From an uncultured Fibrobacterota bacterium (GTDB taxonomy: Bacteria > Fibrobacterota > Chitinivibrionia > Chitinivibrionales > FEN-1185), in contig CAVSQB010000022.1 in the NCBI GenBank assembly GCA_963729895.1, positions 119,971 to 183,970 of the forward strand: DNA of 64,000 bases, given 5' to 3'. How positions within the stretch are numbered: the stretch's first letter is position 1; every line of letters starts with the position of its first letter. Shown here one piece after another: positions 1 through 9,287 of this stretch. The position numbers were made by a program, and so were the translations under genes. The notes below the pieces were generated by a model that searched no databases, was not told the DNA's origin, and saw only the letters and a list, made by a program, of their open reading frames with translations.

Positions 1-680
1 GGACAATCATCAACAATACGTACCGTCGTAACGGACTTAAAAACGTCAAGTGAACGGCATATTTCGTCAAGGCACCGGTCGACAGTCCGGTAACGGATTT
101 TTCTGCTGGAAATCTCACGGACCTCGCAAAAAGAACAATTGAAAGGGCAACCTCTCGAAAGTTGGATCGGCAACCATTTCATCTGCGAACTTCCGATTCC
201 CCAACGGAAGTCCGCTTCGGGTATCGATCCGCCTTCCACCGGCGCCGGCCTGAGAATCCCGAGGTCTTTTCCCGAGAGAACCTTTGTGCAGATATCAACG
301 ATTACCTGTTCGGCTTCACCTCTCACAACAGCCGAAAAGAAAGGGTGCTCTTCCTGTAAGGTTTGGGCGTACAGTGCGACGTGCGGCCCGCCCGCAATAA
401 TCTTGCAAGCACTATTCTTTGCATGAAACCGGTGTACGAAATCAAGCGAACGGCCGAAATGAGTCGTGTACAACGATATGCCGCAAATATCCGGAGAATA
501 TCCTGCGACCCTCTCAAGAAATCGATCGTCGGGTTCGTTAAGGAACGACTGATCGAAGACGGAAGCCTCGAATCCGCTTTTCCGAAGTACGGTGGCCAAC
601 AGAACGAGTCCATAATGCGGCCAATGCGATCTTGTGTCCGATCGGCCGGCATTTATGGACACAAGAGCAACTTTATTCAC
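1..680 (-). CDS. B12-binding domain radical SAM protein (N-terminal part; gene runs off the left edge)
   Basis: Absent from the supplied ORF track because it has no stop inside the window. My reverse-complement translation from GTG at 680 reads VNKVALVSINAGRSDTRSHWPHYGLVLLATVLRKSGFEASVFDQ..KIIAGGPHVALYAQT..MKWLPIQLSRGCPFNCSFCEVREISSRK. This is a Rossmann-like B12-binding segment followed by the CxxxCxxC radical-SAM motif. It supersedes track ORFs 323..652(-) and 363..770(+). Confidence 0.8.
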   Translation of the reverse strand, partial: MNKVALVSINAGRSDTRSHWPHYGLVLLATVLRKSGFEASVFDQSFLNEPDDRFLERVAGYSPDICGISLYTTHFGRSLDFVHRFHAKNSACKIIAGGPHVALYAQTLQEEHPFFSAVVRGEAEQVIVDICTKVLSGKDLGILRPAPVEGGSIPEADFRWGIGSSQMKWLPIQLSRGCPFNCSFCEVREISSRKIRYRTVDRCLDEICRSLDVFKSVTTVRIVDDC

Positions 681-742
681 GGTATTTTCGCAAGCCTTTC
701 CATAGCTGATTTCAACACTCGCCACTCGCCACTCGTGCGCGC

Positions 743-1528
743 TTATTGTGCTGCCGGATACCTTGCATAAATATCGCCCGACATGGTCGGGGTTACCTTT
801 TCCCGAAAGGCGGCCAGGAATTCATGGATTGCAATCCAGTCACCATGTACGAAGTTCAACGAACCGTGGAGGGTGTAATTGAATGTGGGCGCACCGAGAG
901 CATTCAGCAATCTTAGACATTTCTCTACTTCATCAAGCATCTCGACCCTGAATTCAAATGAGACGAATGGAATGCAATGCGTCAAGCCTGACAGCACCTG
1001 TCGTTCGAACCCCTCGACGTCGATTTTACAGAATTGCGGCAAACCATAAGAGTCGATTAAAGAATCCAGCGTTACCGTTTCGATTGAAACGGTCTTGTTC
1101 CACTTAAAGAGGCCAGCATATCGGCTTTGCTTTACCCAGCGCGGCGACATCGTTGAGATTCCCGAATTATACTCGCACACATAGAGTTCCGTGTTCCCGG
1201 GTTCTTCGGCAACCGCTTTTCCGACAATGGAAACATTGGGATTGGTTCCATATCGTCTTTGGAGGGCTCGAAGGCACACTGTTTGGGGTTCAACGCTTAT
1301 GACACGCGCACCAAGCGCCAGGAATATTTCCGTTACGTCCCCTACATTGGCGCCGATATCGAAACACAGGCTTTCTTTACTTATGAAGTGCGAATAAAAT
1401 CGAGACAGAGTGTTGAATTGCGTTCTTCCATGCGGGGAATGATGATCGTACCAGATTCTAAGTTGTTGCGCCAGCGGATACATGCGAAAAGCATGGGCAA
1501 TTTTTGTCGCGAGAGCAAAAGCTTTCAT
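743..1528 (-). CDS. FkbM-family SAM-dependent methyltransferase
   Basis: 261-aa ORF with ..CFDIGANVGDVTEIF.. (SAM-binding loop) and ..FCKIDVEGFE.., typical of FkbM-family methyltransferases. Confidence 0.85.
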   Translation of the reverse strand: MKAFALATKIAHAFRMYPLAQQLRIWYDHHSPHGRTQFNTLSRFYSHFISKESLCFDIGANVGDVTEIFLALGARVISVEPQTVCLRALQRRYGTNPNVSIVGKAVAEEPGNTELYVCEYNSGISTMSPRWVKQSRYAGLFKWNKTVSIETVTLDSLIDSYGLPQFCKIDVEGFERQVLSGLTHCIPFVSFEFRVEMLDEVEKCLRLLNALGAPTFNYTLHGSLNFVHGDWIAIHEFLAAFREKVTPTMSGDIYARYPAAQ

Positions 1529-1633
1529 GTACCGGCCTGACGCTGCGGTTGTTATTCGGATTCCGTCAACTCACGCATTGCTTCACTCATAATATACTAT
1601 CCGGTTTTGCAGGTAGCCGCCGGTTCTTGGCTG

Positions 1634-1662
1634 TTGACAAAACATGCCAGGAAACGTACAAT
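1634..1662 (+). promoter_or_regulatory. sigma70-like promoter (TTGACA-17-TACAAT)
   Basis: TTGACA at 1634-1639, a 17-nt spacer, then TACAAT at 1657-1662. It lies about 115 nt upstream of the 1779 ATG in a divergent intergenic region. Confidence 0.4.
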
Positions 1663-1778
1663 CTCAAATAAGGCGGGCCGCGGGAAAGGCGCCGGCGAGG
1701 GCGCCGTCCACGTTCTATAATCCGTCAAGGCCGCAGCCCTTCTGAGCGGTCCGGAAATCACCAACGAAACGGGACAGC

Positions 1779-4094
1779 ATGAGAAGAGAGATCAACTCCG
1801 CAGGCATGATGTACGCCATTTTCTTTCTGTCGGGAATAAGCGGACTTGTGTACGAGACGGTTTGGCTCAGGATGCTGATCCGGGTCCTGGGAAACACCGT
1901 GTATGCGACGTCGGTCATTCTGGCGGCTTTCATGGCCGGATTGGCGATCGGAAGCTTTGCGATAGGCCGGATTACGGGGCGGATAAAGAACGGATTGCGC
2001 TTCTACGCTTTTCTTGAACTGGGTGTGGCGCTGTCGGCGGTCGCCCTGGTGTCGGTGTTCGATCACCTGGCCCCTCTCTACCGGGTTATGTATGCGCTGG
2101 CTTCGGGTCACCGGACACTGCTCACGCTGTTTCAATCGATTCTTATGGTGGCGCTGCTTATTGTTCCCACGAGCCTCATGGGCGGAACGCTTCCGATCTT
2201 GAGCGCGTATACCAGGCGTTTTCAAAGCGGACACTCACGGCGCATCGGCATTCTGTACGGATCAAATACGCTCGGCGCGTTCATCGGCGTTGTCGGCAGC
2301 GGGCTGTATGCAATCGGCGCCTGGGGAGAATGGCAAACCGTTTATGGCGGGGCTCTGCTGAACCTGGTTGTTTCGTTGTTTGCATTCGGAATGTCCCGAG
2401 AGCTTGCGGGCGTGGAAAGCCCCGCAGCGTCCGGGGCAGACGGAACCAAGACCGGATCACCCCTGACATACAGGAAACTCATTCTTTGGGCTTACGCCGC
2501 GAGCGGGTTTGCGGCGATTTCCTACGAAATCGTCTGGACACGCATGTTTCAGATCGAATTGGGAACGTCCATCTACGCTTTCAGCATGATGCTCGGGTTC
2601 TATCTTCTCGGCATCGGCCTGGGAAGCCTTGCCGGAGGGATCCTCATCCGGAAAATCAACAACAGCCTCAAGCTTTTCGGCTGGTTGCAGCTTGTGGTGG
2701 CGCTGTACGGCGTGGCAGGCATGTATTTTCTCGCCCGGTTCGAGCCCGTTACCTTTCTTCAGAACCTCGTTTTATCCAACATTATTGCCGTACCGCTCCT
2801 TATCGTAACGCCCCTGACGCTGGTGCTGGGCCTCATGTTCCCGGTCGTTTCTTCCCTTTATGTAAAAGAGCACGAGACCGGCCGCGGTGTGGGGCGGCTC
2901 TACTCGGCCAACACGGCCGGCTGCATCGCAGGATCGCTGGTGTGCGGTTTCATTTTGATCGGTACTTTTGGCACCAGGGGAACCATGATTCTTCTGGCAG
3001 GGATGAATGCCGTTCTCGGTGCGGCGATCCTTCTGGTTGCCGGTCGCCGCAGGGCTCTTCTTTCCGCCGTGCCGGCGGTCGCGGCAATAGCCGCAGCCGC
3101 GCTGTTTTCTCCTGATCCGTTTCTGGCGGCAATCGGCAAAACGGTGCATAAGGTGTACGGTGACCGGGCCTCCCAGGTTACCTTGTACCACCATCGGGAG
3201 CGCGCAGCAGCAACTACCACGGCGCTCGGCATCACCAGCGACCCGCTCACCAAGGAGCTCTTTGTCAACGGCATCGGCATGACCAGGCTGTGCACGGAAG
3301 CCAAGCTCATGGCGCATCTGCCGCTCGCGCTCCACCGCAATCCGCACAGCATTCTTGTGATCTGTTTCGGCATGGGCACGGCCCTCAGATCGGCGTGGAC
3401 TCACGAAGGTATTTCCTGCGATGTCGTGGAGCTGGACGGCGAGACCTACAAATGCTTCAAATATTTTCATGCAAACGGCGACCGGGTGCTGGCCGATCCG
3501 CGAGTGCGGCACTACGTTGACGACGGCCGGAACTTCTTGCTTATGAGCAGGCGGACCTACGACGTGATAACCATGGACCCTGCTCCTCCGCTTTGGAGCG
3601 CGGGCACCGTGAACCTTTACACGAGAGAATTCTTCGGTTTGTGCCGGAGCCACCTGGCCGGCGGGGGCATCATGTGTCTATGGATACCGCCGGCCGGCTT
3701 TTCCGAGGTACGGATGATCATGAAGACCTATCAGAGCGTTTTCCCCGCAACCTGGGTCTATGGCGGTCCCCACAACGCAGGATTTTATATGGTGGGTTCT
3801 ACAGTCCTGCCGGATACAAGCATTGCAAGGCTCCGCGAGGTTTTGGGCAGCGGACCCGTTGAAGCGGACCTGAACGAGTGGGAACTGCGGCCTCTTACCC
3901 CCGAAGCAGTCCAGAGCCTTTATCTTATGGGCCCGGACGCGTTGAGGATATTTGCGAGCGGCGCTCCGGTAATTACCGACAACAATCCGTACACCGAATT
4001 CCCTTTGTGGAGGAGCATGTGGGACAAGACCTACCGCTACACGCTCGACGCCGGGGGGCTGTGGTCCTGGAAGATTCACAATTTCCCCAAGTAG
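1779..4094 (+). CDS. membrane-fused spermidine-synthase-fold protein ('fused MFS/spermidine synthase' type)
   Basis: 771 aa. The N-terminal ~450 aa are multiple hydrophobic helices (..FFLSGISGLVYETVWLRMLIRVLG..). The C-terminal class-I SAM-transferase/spermidine-synthase-like domain reads ..ILVICFGMGTALRSAW..YDVITMDPAPPLWSAGTVNLYTREFF.. . Confidence 0.8.
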   Translation: MRREINSAGMMYAIFFLSGISGLVYETVWLRMLIRVLGNTVYATSVILAAFMAGLAIGSFAIGRITGRIKNGLRFYAFLELGVALSAVALVSVFDHLAPLYRVMYALASGHRTLLTLFQSILMVALLIVPTSLMGGTLPILSAYTRRFQSGHSRRIGILYGSNTLGAFIGVVGSGLYAIGAWGEWQTVYGGALLNLVVSLFAFGMSRELAGVESPAASGADGTKTGSPLTYRKLILWAYAASGFAAISYEIVWTRMFQIELGTSIYAFSMMLGFYLLGIGLGSLAGGILIRKINNSLKLFGWLQLVVALYGVAGMYFLARFEPVTFLQNLVLSNIIAVPLLIVTPLTLVLGLMFPVVSSLYVKEHETGRGVGRLYSANTAGCIAGSLVCGFILIGTFGTRGTMILLAGMNAVLGAAILLVAGRRRALLSAVPAVAAIAAAALFSPDPFLAAIGKTVHKVYGDRASQVTLYHHRERAAATTTALGITSDPLTKELFVNGIGMTRLCTEAKLMAHLPLALHRNPHSILVICFGMGTALRSAWTHEGISCDVVELDGETYKCFKYFHANGDRVLADPRVRHYVDDGRNFLLMSRRTYDVITMDPAPPLWSAGTVNLYTREFFGLCRSHLAGGGIMCLWIPPAGFSEVRMIMKTYQSVFPATWVYGGPHNAGFYMVGSTVLPDTSIARLREVLGSGPVEADLNEWELRPLTPEAVQSLYLMGPDALRIFASGAPVITDNNPYTEFPLWRSMWDKTYRYTLDAGGLWSWKIHNFPK

Positions 4095-4168
4095 GACGGT
4101 CGAGAGCGGGACACGCTTCTTTCCGAGAGAGGATATTCTGACCGCTCCTACGAAGATCCGGTCAAGCG

Positions 4169-6184
4169 TCAATCGCTTTTTATTTCCAGGATCCAATAGT
4201 GGTCAATCGGCACGTTCAGAACGGGAACGACCCCTTTGTTTTTCCCCTCCTCAACATCGTAGTAGCCCGGATAATCCGGCATCAGGAGATATTTGATCTT
4301 CAGGTCTTTTAACTTTTGAGAAAACGGACTTATTCCTATTCCGTAGCTGTCTTCATAGAATCGCTTGAAATTCACCCTGTCAACTTCCGGTCGATTGAGT
4401 ACCATCACATGTGCAAACCGATTGTAAATGGCCTCGTTTTTCCCTAAAGGGTCCAGTATCTTCATTGCCGACATATCGGGAACATATTTTGTTCCATTAA
4501 AAACCCTTGCTCCCGTTGCCATAATGAATCCGCTTTGTATTTCGTCGCCGTAAACGACCCAATTTGCCTGAGGGTCTCTTACGACGATATTCTTCACGGC
4601 GTGATAAAGCTTCTTATCAATAATAAAGCCAAGACCGCGGGAGATCGGATAGACGGAATAGGTCGAGAGCACGACATAGACAAGGATCGCAAGGCAAAAG
4701 AGCCGCGTCTTATGATTTAAGAGCAGGCAAACAGCCAAAGAAAAGAAAACACTAATGAGGCCAATGTGCCATAACTGGAAAAAGTTGTTTGTTCGTGACT
4801 TCAAATACAATCCATAAACAACAAAACACGACAATAGAATGACGAACAAGATCATGTTCTTGCTCGGACTAAAACGAATCGCGCTGTTTTTCGAATGCAA
4901 ATAGACAACGGTCAGAATAATAGAACCGACCCCTATTCCAATAACGGCCCGGTAGGAGGGAACAAAAGTCAATAAGGTCAACTTTGAAAGGATCGGCGGA
5001 AACCCGACAAGGACGAAGAATGTCAAAAACAACAGGTATGCCGATAGCGCAATCTGCAACGGGTCAAATTTTCCCTTTATGACATCAACCAGTACTGCCG
5101 TGATAATAACCGGAAAAAAAAACAAAAAACTGCTTGTTTCACAAACATTGAGCCAGAGAAACTTTTGTTCATTAAAGAAAATGCCGTAAAATCCTGAAAA
5201 CAACCGGTCTATTCCAAACCCTCCTCCGCTTGATATCCGTTTTCCGGGATATGCCGTATTCATGGTCAACGCAATAGTTTCCTTTAAATCCGTATAGAAT
5301 AAACAGGCAACGATGATCACTGCGAAGAAGCAAGCGCCCAGCAAACATATCCGCAGCGCAACGTGTTGCATCACGACATCGCGCTTCAGGTTCTTGACAA
5401 AATACCCCGTTACCACGGCAATCATAAGCAGGCCCAACGGGACCTGAAAAGGCGGGTAGATTGCCAATGAGAAATTCAGAATGAAAAGAAACAAGGCTGC
5501 TGCGCTTATGATCATGGTGAGACGTTTTGTGGATGATACAACGTAAATAGAAGAAATCAAGATGCAATTGAATGCGGACAGGACCACGCTCGGCGTCGAA
5601 AGGTTCCACCATTGGACAAAGCTGGAAAAAAACAGGAAAAGACATCCGAAAACCGAAAGCAACAGATTATTCTTCGTTAATAGCATAAACAGCAAAAACG
5701 AGCTTATGATGAGACTGAACACTCCGTAGTTCCAAATATAGGAAAATCCTTTCTCCATCTCCAGAACCAAGAAACCCCAGTACTGAGGTTGAAAGAAAAC
5801 CGAAAAATGGGAAGTTGGAAGGCCCATGAGAAGAGACACTTTCTTGGGCCCAAAGGAATAATTTTCAACAGGAAATTTATTCGCCGCCTGGGATAGAAAG
5901 AAAGGGGAGGCAGTAAGCCATTCGTCGACTCTGATGAACTTCGGCGAGCCGAAAAGGACCTTTGACGCGGTTCGCGGGCCGCCGTACGTGGGAAAAAAGG
6001 CATCCCATATAGCAACAGAGGAATAGTGAATTTTGAAGGAAACGAGGATGACAAACAGGACCAGGAGGGCGGAAATAAGGATCAGACTTTTTTTCTCAAA
6101 GACGATGAGATGTTCTTCGGAAATTCTTTTGCCCGCGGCGTCCAGCGAAGTGCCGATTCGCGCAATAAGAGTTGAAGCAATCAT
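4169..6184 (-). CDS. large polytopic membrane protein, possible GT-C-type glycosyltransferase (function uncertain)
   Basis: The track ORF is 4169..6334, but its first 50 codons are Arg/Cys/Pro-rich and a better start is ATG 6184 (MIASTLIARIG..). It has many hydrophobic helices, an acidic first-loop motif (..KFIRVDEWLT..) and a ~150-aa soluble C-terminus. The gene is visibly AT-richer than its flanks. Confidence 0.65.
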   Translation of the reverse strand: MIASTLIARIGTSLDAAGKRISEEHLIVFEKKSLILISALLVLFVILVSFKIHYSSVAIWDAFFPTYGGPRTASKVLFGSPKFIRVDEWLTASPFFLSQAANKFPVENYSFGPKKVSLLMGLPTSHFSVFFQPQYWGFLVLEMEKGFSYIWNYGVFSLIISSFLLFMLLTKNNLLLSVFGCLFLFFSSFVQWWNLSTPSVVLSAFNCILISSIYVVSSTKRLTMIISAAALFLFILNFSLAIYPPFQVPLGLLMIAVVTGYFVKNLKRDVVMQHVALRICLLGACFFAVIIVACLFYTDLKETIALTMNTAYPGKRISSGGGFGIDRLFSGFYGIFFNEQKFLWLNVCETSSFLFFFPVIITAVLVDVIKGKFDPLQIALSAYLLFLTFFVLVGFPPILSKLTLLTFVPSYRAVIGIGVGSIILTVVYLHSKNSAIRFSPSKNMILFVILLSCFVVYGLYLKSRTNNFFQLWHIGLISVFFSLAVCLLLNHKTRLFCLAILVYVVLSTYSVYPISRGLGFIIDKKLYHAVKNIVVRDPQANWVVYGDEIQSGFIMATGARVFNGTKYVPDMSAMKILDPLGKNEAIYNRFAHVMVLNRPEVDRVNFKRFYEDSYGIGISPFSQKLKDLKIKYLLMPDYPGYYDVEEGKNKGVVPVLNVPIDHYWILEIKSD

Positions 6185-6448
6185 TTGCAGGCCTTTTTGT
6201 ATTCTTGTTGAACCATGGTGTGCAAATGGTTCAACACGACGGCAACTTTTTTCCTTCAACAAGGGGCAAGGGCGGCTGCCCGCACAAAACAACGGGGCTC
6301 GAACAAGGACAAATATACTACGACGGAGCGTCAATGAGAAGCGCGCGGCCCTGCGTCAAAAAATTCGCCAATTTTGCCTTGAATGCCGGCGTTCGTAATT
6401 ATATAGTAATGAGGAAACGGGGGTTATTTCCTTTGCAGGAGCTCTCCA

Positions 6449-6721
6449 ATGACAAAATGGGAATACCAGTTCTTAATCGCGGAAAAGTACGGCAAAGGAA
6501 TTTTCGGTTTTGTGCTGCCGCGGGAAATCTCGTGGAAGATCCATTACATAAACGGCAAGCAGCAGCAGAATTGGGCTGACGTGACTCTCTTTAACTATCT
6601 CGGCAAAATGGGCGAACAGGGGTGGGAAGTCGCATCCATGACATCGCACATGTCGGTACGGTCCGGTACGCTTCCGATCGAGCATCTCTATATAATCCTG
6701 AAGAAATCCCAGGAATCCTGA
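6449..6721 (+). CDS. small DUF4177-like protein
   Basis: 90 aa. MTKWEYQF.. at the N-terminus and ..LGKMGEQGWEVASM.. resemble the DUF4177 pattern (MxKWEYK ... LNxLGxEGWELV). Confidence 0.55.
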   Translation: MTKWEYQFLIAEKYGKGIFGFVLPREISWKIHYINGKQQQNWADVTLFNYLGKMGEQGWEVASMTSHMSVRSGTLPIEHLYIILKKSQES

Positions 6722-6874
6722 CGACAAAGATCCCTTTTTTCCTTTGTGTTCACGCTCCGTTCCTCTCCGGTAGTTCATGCATCCCATCAAACGGTGAAAC
6801 ACTTTCAAAACGCGATCGGCCCCTTTTGGTATATTACGGTGAGCCGACAAACCAGCCATTCGATATAACGGCGC

Positions 6875-8536
6875 ATGGAAAACATTTCCCTGAGAACGAA
6901 GATTCTGCTTGCCGCGTGCGCCGCGCTTGTCTACGGCGCGGGCCTGTGCGTTACGGTGATGGACATTGATGCAGCCCAGTATGCCTCAATGAGCTGTCAA
7001 ATCGCCGCAAGCAGGCACTTCTGGACTTCGCTGCTCCAGCCGGCCGGATATCTCGACAAGCCGCCCCTGCTCTTCTTCCTTTCCGCCGCGTCTTTCAAAG
7101 TCCTGGGCGTTTCCACGGTGAGCTACAAGACCCCATCGTTCCTTATTACGCTCCTTGGGTTCTATGCAACCTACCGCCTGGGCGCACTACTTTACAATAA
7201 GCGAATAGGCATACTTGCGGCTGCCGTTCTTTGCTCCTGCGAAGGGATCATCTTTTTCACCAATGATGTCCGGACCGATGCGCTTCTTACGGGAACGGTT
7301 GTCTTTTCCGTGTGGCAGATAGCGGAGTTCATCAAAACCGGAAGGGCCGGGTTCTTTCTCGGAGGAACTTTCGGCGTCGCGCTTGCCATGCTTGCCAAAG
7401 GCCCCATCGGCCTTATGGTTCCGGTTCTTGCCGTGGGGAGCTACTTGGCGGGAAAACGCAGGTTCGGGATGTTCTTAAAATGGTACTGGCCGGTGGGCGG
7501 CTTTATTGTGATGCTTTTGCTCATGCCCATGCTGTGGGGCCTGTACTCGCAATACGGGTGGCGCGGCATCCGGTTTTATTTCTGGACCCAGAGCTTTGGA
7601 AGAATCACCGGCCAAAGCTCGTGGCATGACACATCGGGATACTTCTATTTTGTCCATACTTTCCTCTGGGCGTTCCTGCCGTGGATGCTGCTGGCCTATT
7701 ACAGCATCGGCGATCACGTTTTCCGGGCAATCAAGAACAGGTTCGACCCTGCGAAGGCAAACGACCTGCTGCTTCTTGGAGGAACCGTTCTTCCCTTTGT
7801 CGCACTGTCGTGCTCTCATTACAAATTGCCGCACTACATCTTTGTGATTTTTCCGCTGGCGGCGATACTGACGGCAAAGACCATTTGCGAGCTGGCCGAG
7901 ACGCAGCGCGAGAGGAAAGCCTTCCGCATATTTTTTCATACGCAGCGAGTGTGCTGCATGCTGATGTGGGTCTTTGCTCTTGTATGTATGACCGTCTTCT
8001 TCCCCTGCAAGAACCCTTTCGTATGGCTTCTTTCGGTTACGGCCTGCACCGCAACGTTCCGGTCCACTTCCGGGAAGCATTCACCGCTTGCCCGCCTCGT
8101 TTTGCCGTCTCTTTGGGCCATCTTCGGAATGAACATTATGGTGAACCTGCACCTTTTCCCTCAGCTCATGTCATTCCAGGGCGGCAGCAACGCAGCAACG
8201 AGCATCAGCCGAAATCATGTGCCCGTGGATCGTGTATTCGGATATCGCGCCCAGGATCATTCCATGGAGTTCTACACGCGGCGCGAGATTCCGCTGCTGG
8301 ACAGCACCCAAACCATGGCTGCGTTGCGCAGTCGAGACGTTTGGATTTATACGGGCCGTGATGGATACCGTTCCATACGGGAAATGGGGTTCTCGCCTGT
8401 GGCCGTTGATTCATTCCCGGATTTTCATGTTTCAAAGGTTACGATGAAATTCCTCTTCCACAAAACCAGATCGGCGATGCTGGGCCGGCAATACATTCTG
8501 CACAACATCCCTGGAGTGATGCACCCGGGGACATAA
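6875..8536 (+). CDS. ArnT/PMT_2-like glycosyltransferase (GT39/GT83-type, GT-C fold)
   Basis: 553 aa and polytopic. ..DIDAAQYASMS..YLDKPPLLFFL.., ..FTNDVRTDALL.. and ..LAMLAKGPIGLMVP.. match the 4-amino-4-deoxy-L-arabinose transferase / dolichyl-phosphate-mannose transferase family pattern. Confidence 0.8.
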   Translation: MENISLRTKILLAACAALVYGAGLCVTVMDIDAAQYASMSCQIAASRHFWTSLLQPAGYLDKPPLLFFLSAASFKVLGVSTVSYKTPSFLITLLGFYATYRLGALLYNKRIGILAAAVLCSCEGIIFFTNDVRTDALLTGTVVFSVWQIAEFIKTGRAGFFLGGTFGVALAMLAKGPIGLMVPVLAVGSYLAGKRRFGMFLKWYWPVGGFIVMLLLMPMLWGLYSQYGWRGIRFYFWTQSFGRITGQSSWHDTSGYFYFVHTFLWAFLPWMLLAYYSIGDHVFRAIKNRFDPAKANDLLLLGGTVLPFVALSCSHYKLPHYIFVIFPLAAILTAKTICELAETQRERKAFRIFFHTQRVCCMLMWVFALVCMTVFFPCKNPFVWLLSVTACTATFRSTSGKHSPLARLVLPSLWAIFGMNIMVNLHLFPQLMSFQGGSNAATSISRNHVPVDRVFGYRAQDHSMEFYTRREIPLLDSTQTMAALRSRDVWIYTGRDGYRSIREMGFSPVAVDSFPDFHVSKVTMKFLFHKTRSAMLGRQYILHNIPGVMHPGT

Positions 8537-8618
8537 TCCGGGTGAAATCAGCTTTCCGCAAACAAGGAAGCGCCACAGGATCGGGAAGAAAAGAAATCAG
8601 CCGGGAATAAGAATACTC

Positions 8619-8647
8619 TTGACAATACAATGCATTCAGTTTAATAT
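8619..8647 (+). promoter_or_regulatory. sigma70-like promoter (TTGACA-17-TAATAT) upstream of the prepilin gene
   Basis: TTGACA at 8619-8624, a 17-nt spacer, then TAATAT at 8642-8647. It lies about 140 nt upstream of the 8787 ATG. Confidence 0.45.
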
Positions 8648-8786
8648 TATGTATAGAGTCCTGATCTCCAGCGGAGCTGTGATGCTCAGGAAAGGAGGGT
8701 TTCGACGTTGCGTGATTTCTACACCATGCAACCGTAATTGCAACAGTGAGTTATTTCAAAGGAAACCCAACTTGAAGGAGCTTTGT

Positions 8787-9215
8787 ATGAGATTCCTACG
8801 CAACAAAACCAAGGGATTCACCCTTGTCGAACTTATGGTCGTGATCGTCATCATCGGCATTCTTGCCGCAGTTGCGATTCCCAAGTTTCTCGATGCATCC
8901 CAGAAGGCGAAAGCGTCTGAATTTCCAACACAGTTGACCGCTATTTACACCGGCCAGTTGGCATACCAGGCGGAGAGGGGCCAGTATGTAACGCAGTTTT
9001 CTTACCTGAGAGACTCTGCGGGCGTTGATGTGCCCTCCTCGAGCAGGTGGTTCACCTACTCAATGTCTGCTGCCAGCGCCACTGCTTTTGTGGGCAATGC
9101 AACGGTGGCTCAACCATTTGGAAATGCGACGACTTCCGACTATGGTGCAATCGATCAAACCAATTCAAAGTATTGCACTGCCACATTGTCGAGATACTGC
9201 CCGAGCTGGAAGTAA
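8787..9215 (+). CDS. prepilin-type N-terminal cleavage/methylation domain protein (type IV pilin-like)
   Basis: The track ORF starts at 8619; the AAGGAG RBS and ATG 8787 give MRFLRNKTKG|FTLVELMVVIVIIGILAAVAIPKF (Gly-1/Phe+1/Glu+5 prepilin peptidase site). A C-terminal Cys pair (..KYCTATLSRYCPSWK) resembles a pilin disulfide loop. Confidence 0.85.
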   Translation: MRFLRNKTKGFTLVELMVVIVIIGILAAVAIPKFLDASQKAKASEFPTQLTAIYTGQLAYQAERGQYVTQFSYLRDSAGVDVPSSSRWFTYSMSAASATAFVGNATVAQPFGNATTSDYGAIDQTNSKYCTATLSRYCPSWK

Positions 9216-9240
9216 CAGCGTAGCAGAGTTCCTAGTGGAA

Positions 9241-9273
9241 AGCCCCGGCCTCGAAAGAGGCGGGGCTTTTTTT
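9241..9273 (+). terminator. rho-independent terminator after the prepilin gene
   Basis: AGCCCCGGCCTC-GAAA-GAGGCGGGGCT forms an 11-bp stem with one bulge and is followed by T7. It lies between convergent genes (ends at 9215 and 9288). Confidence 0.7.
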
Positions 9274-9287
9274 ATGGGGAACACTCG

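Noticed and set aside
323-770. Track ORFs 323..652(-) and 363..770(+).
   Set aside because: A different minus-strand frame, open to the window edge, encodes a convincing B12-binding radical-SAM N-terminus that includes CPFNCSFC. The two track ORFs have no recognisable features.
8619-8786. Upstream extension of the prepilin ORF (track start 8619), and similar extensions at 13456-13722, 16153-16431, 25748-25879, 28958-29032 and 60240-60320.
   Set aside because: The extensions cover promoter-like or intergenic sequence and lack signal-peptide logic. Internal starts with an RBS give canonical N-termini (prepilin leader, signal peptides, lipoboxes).
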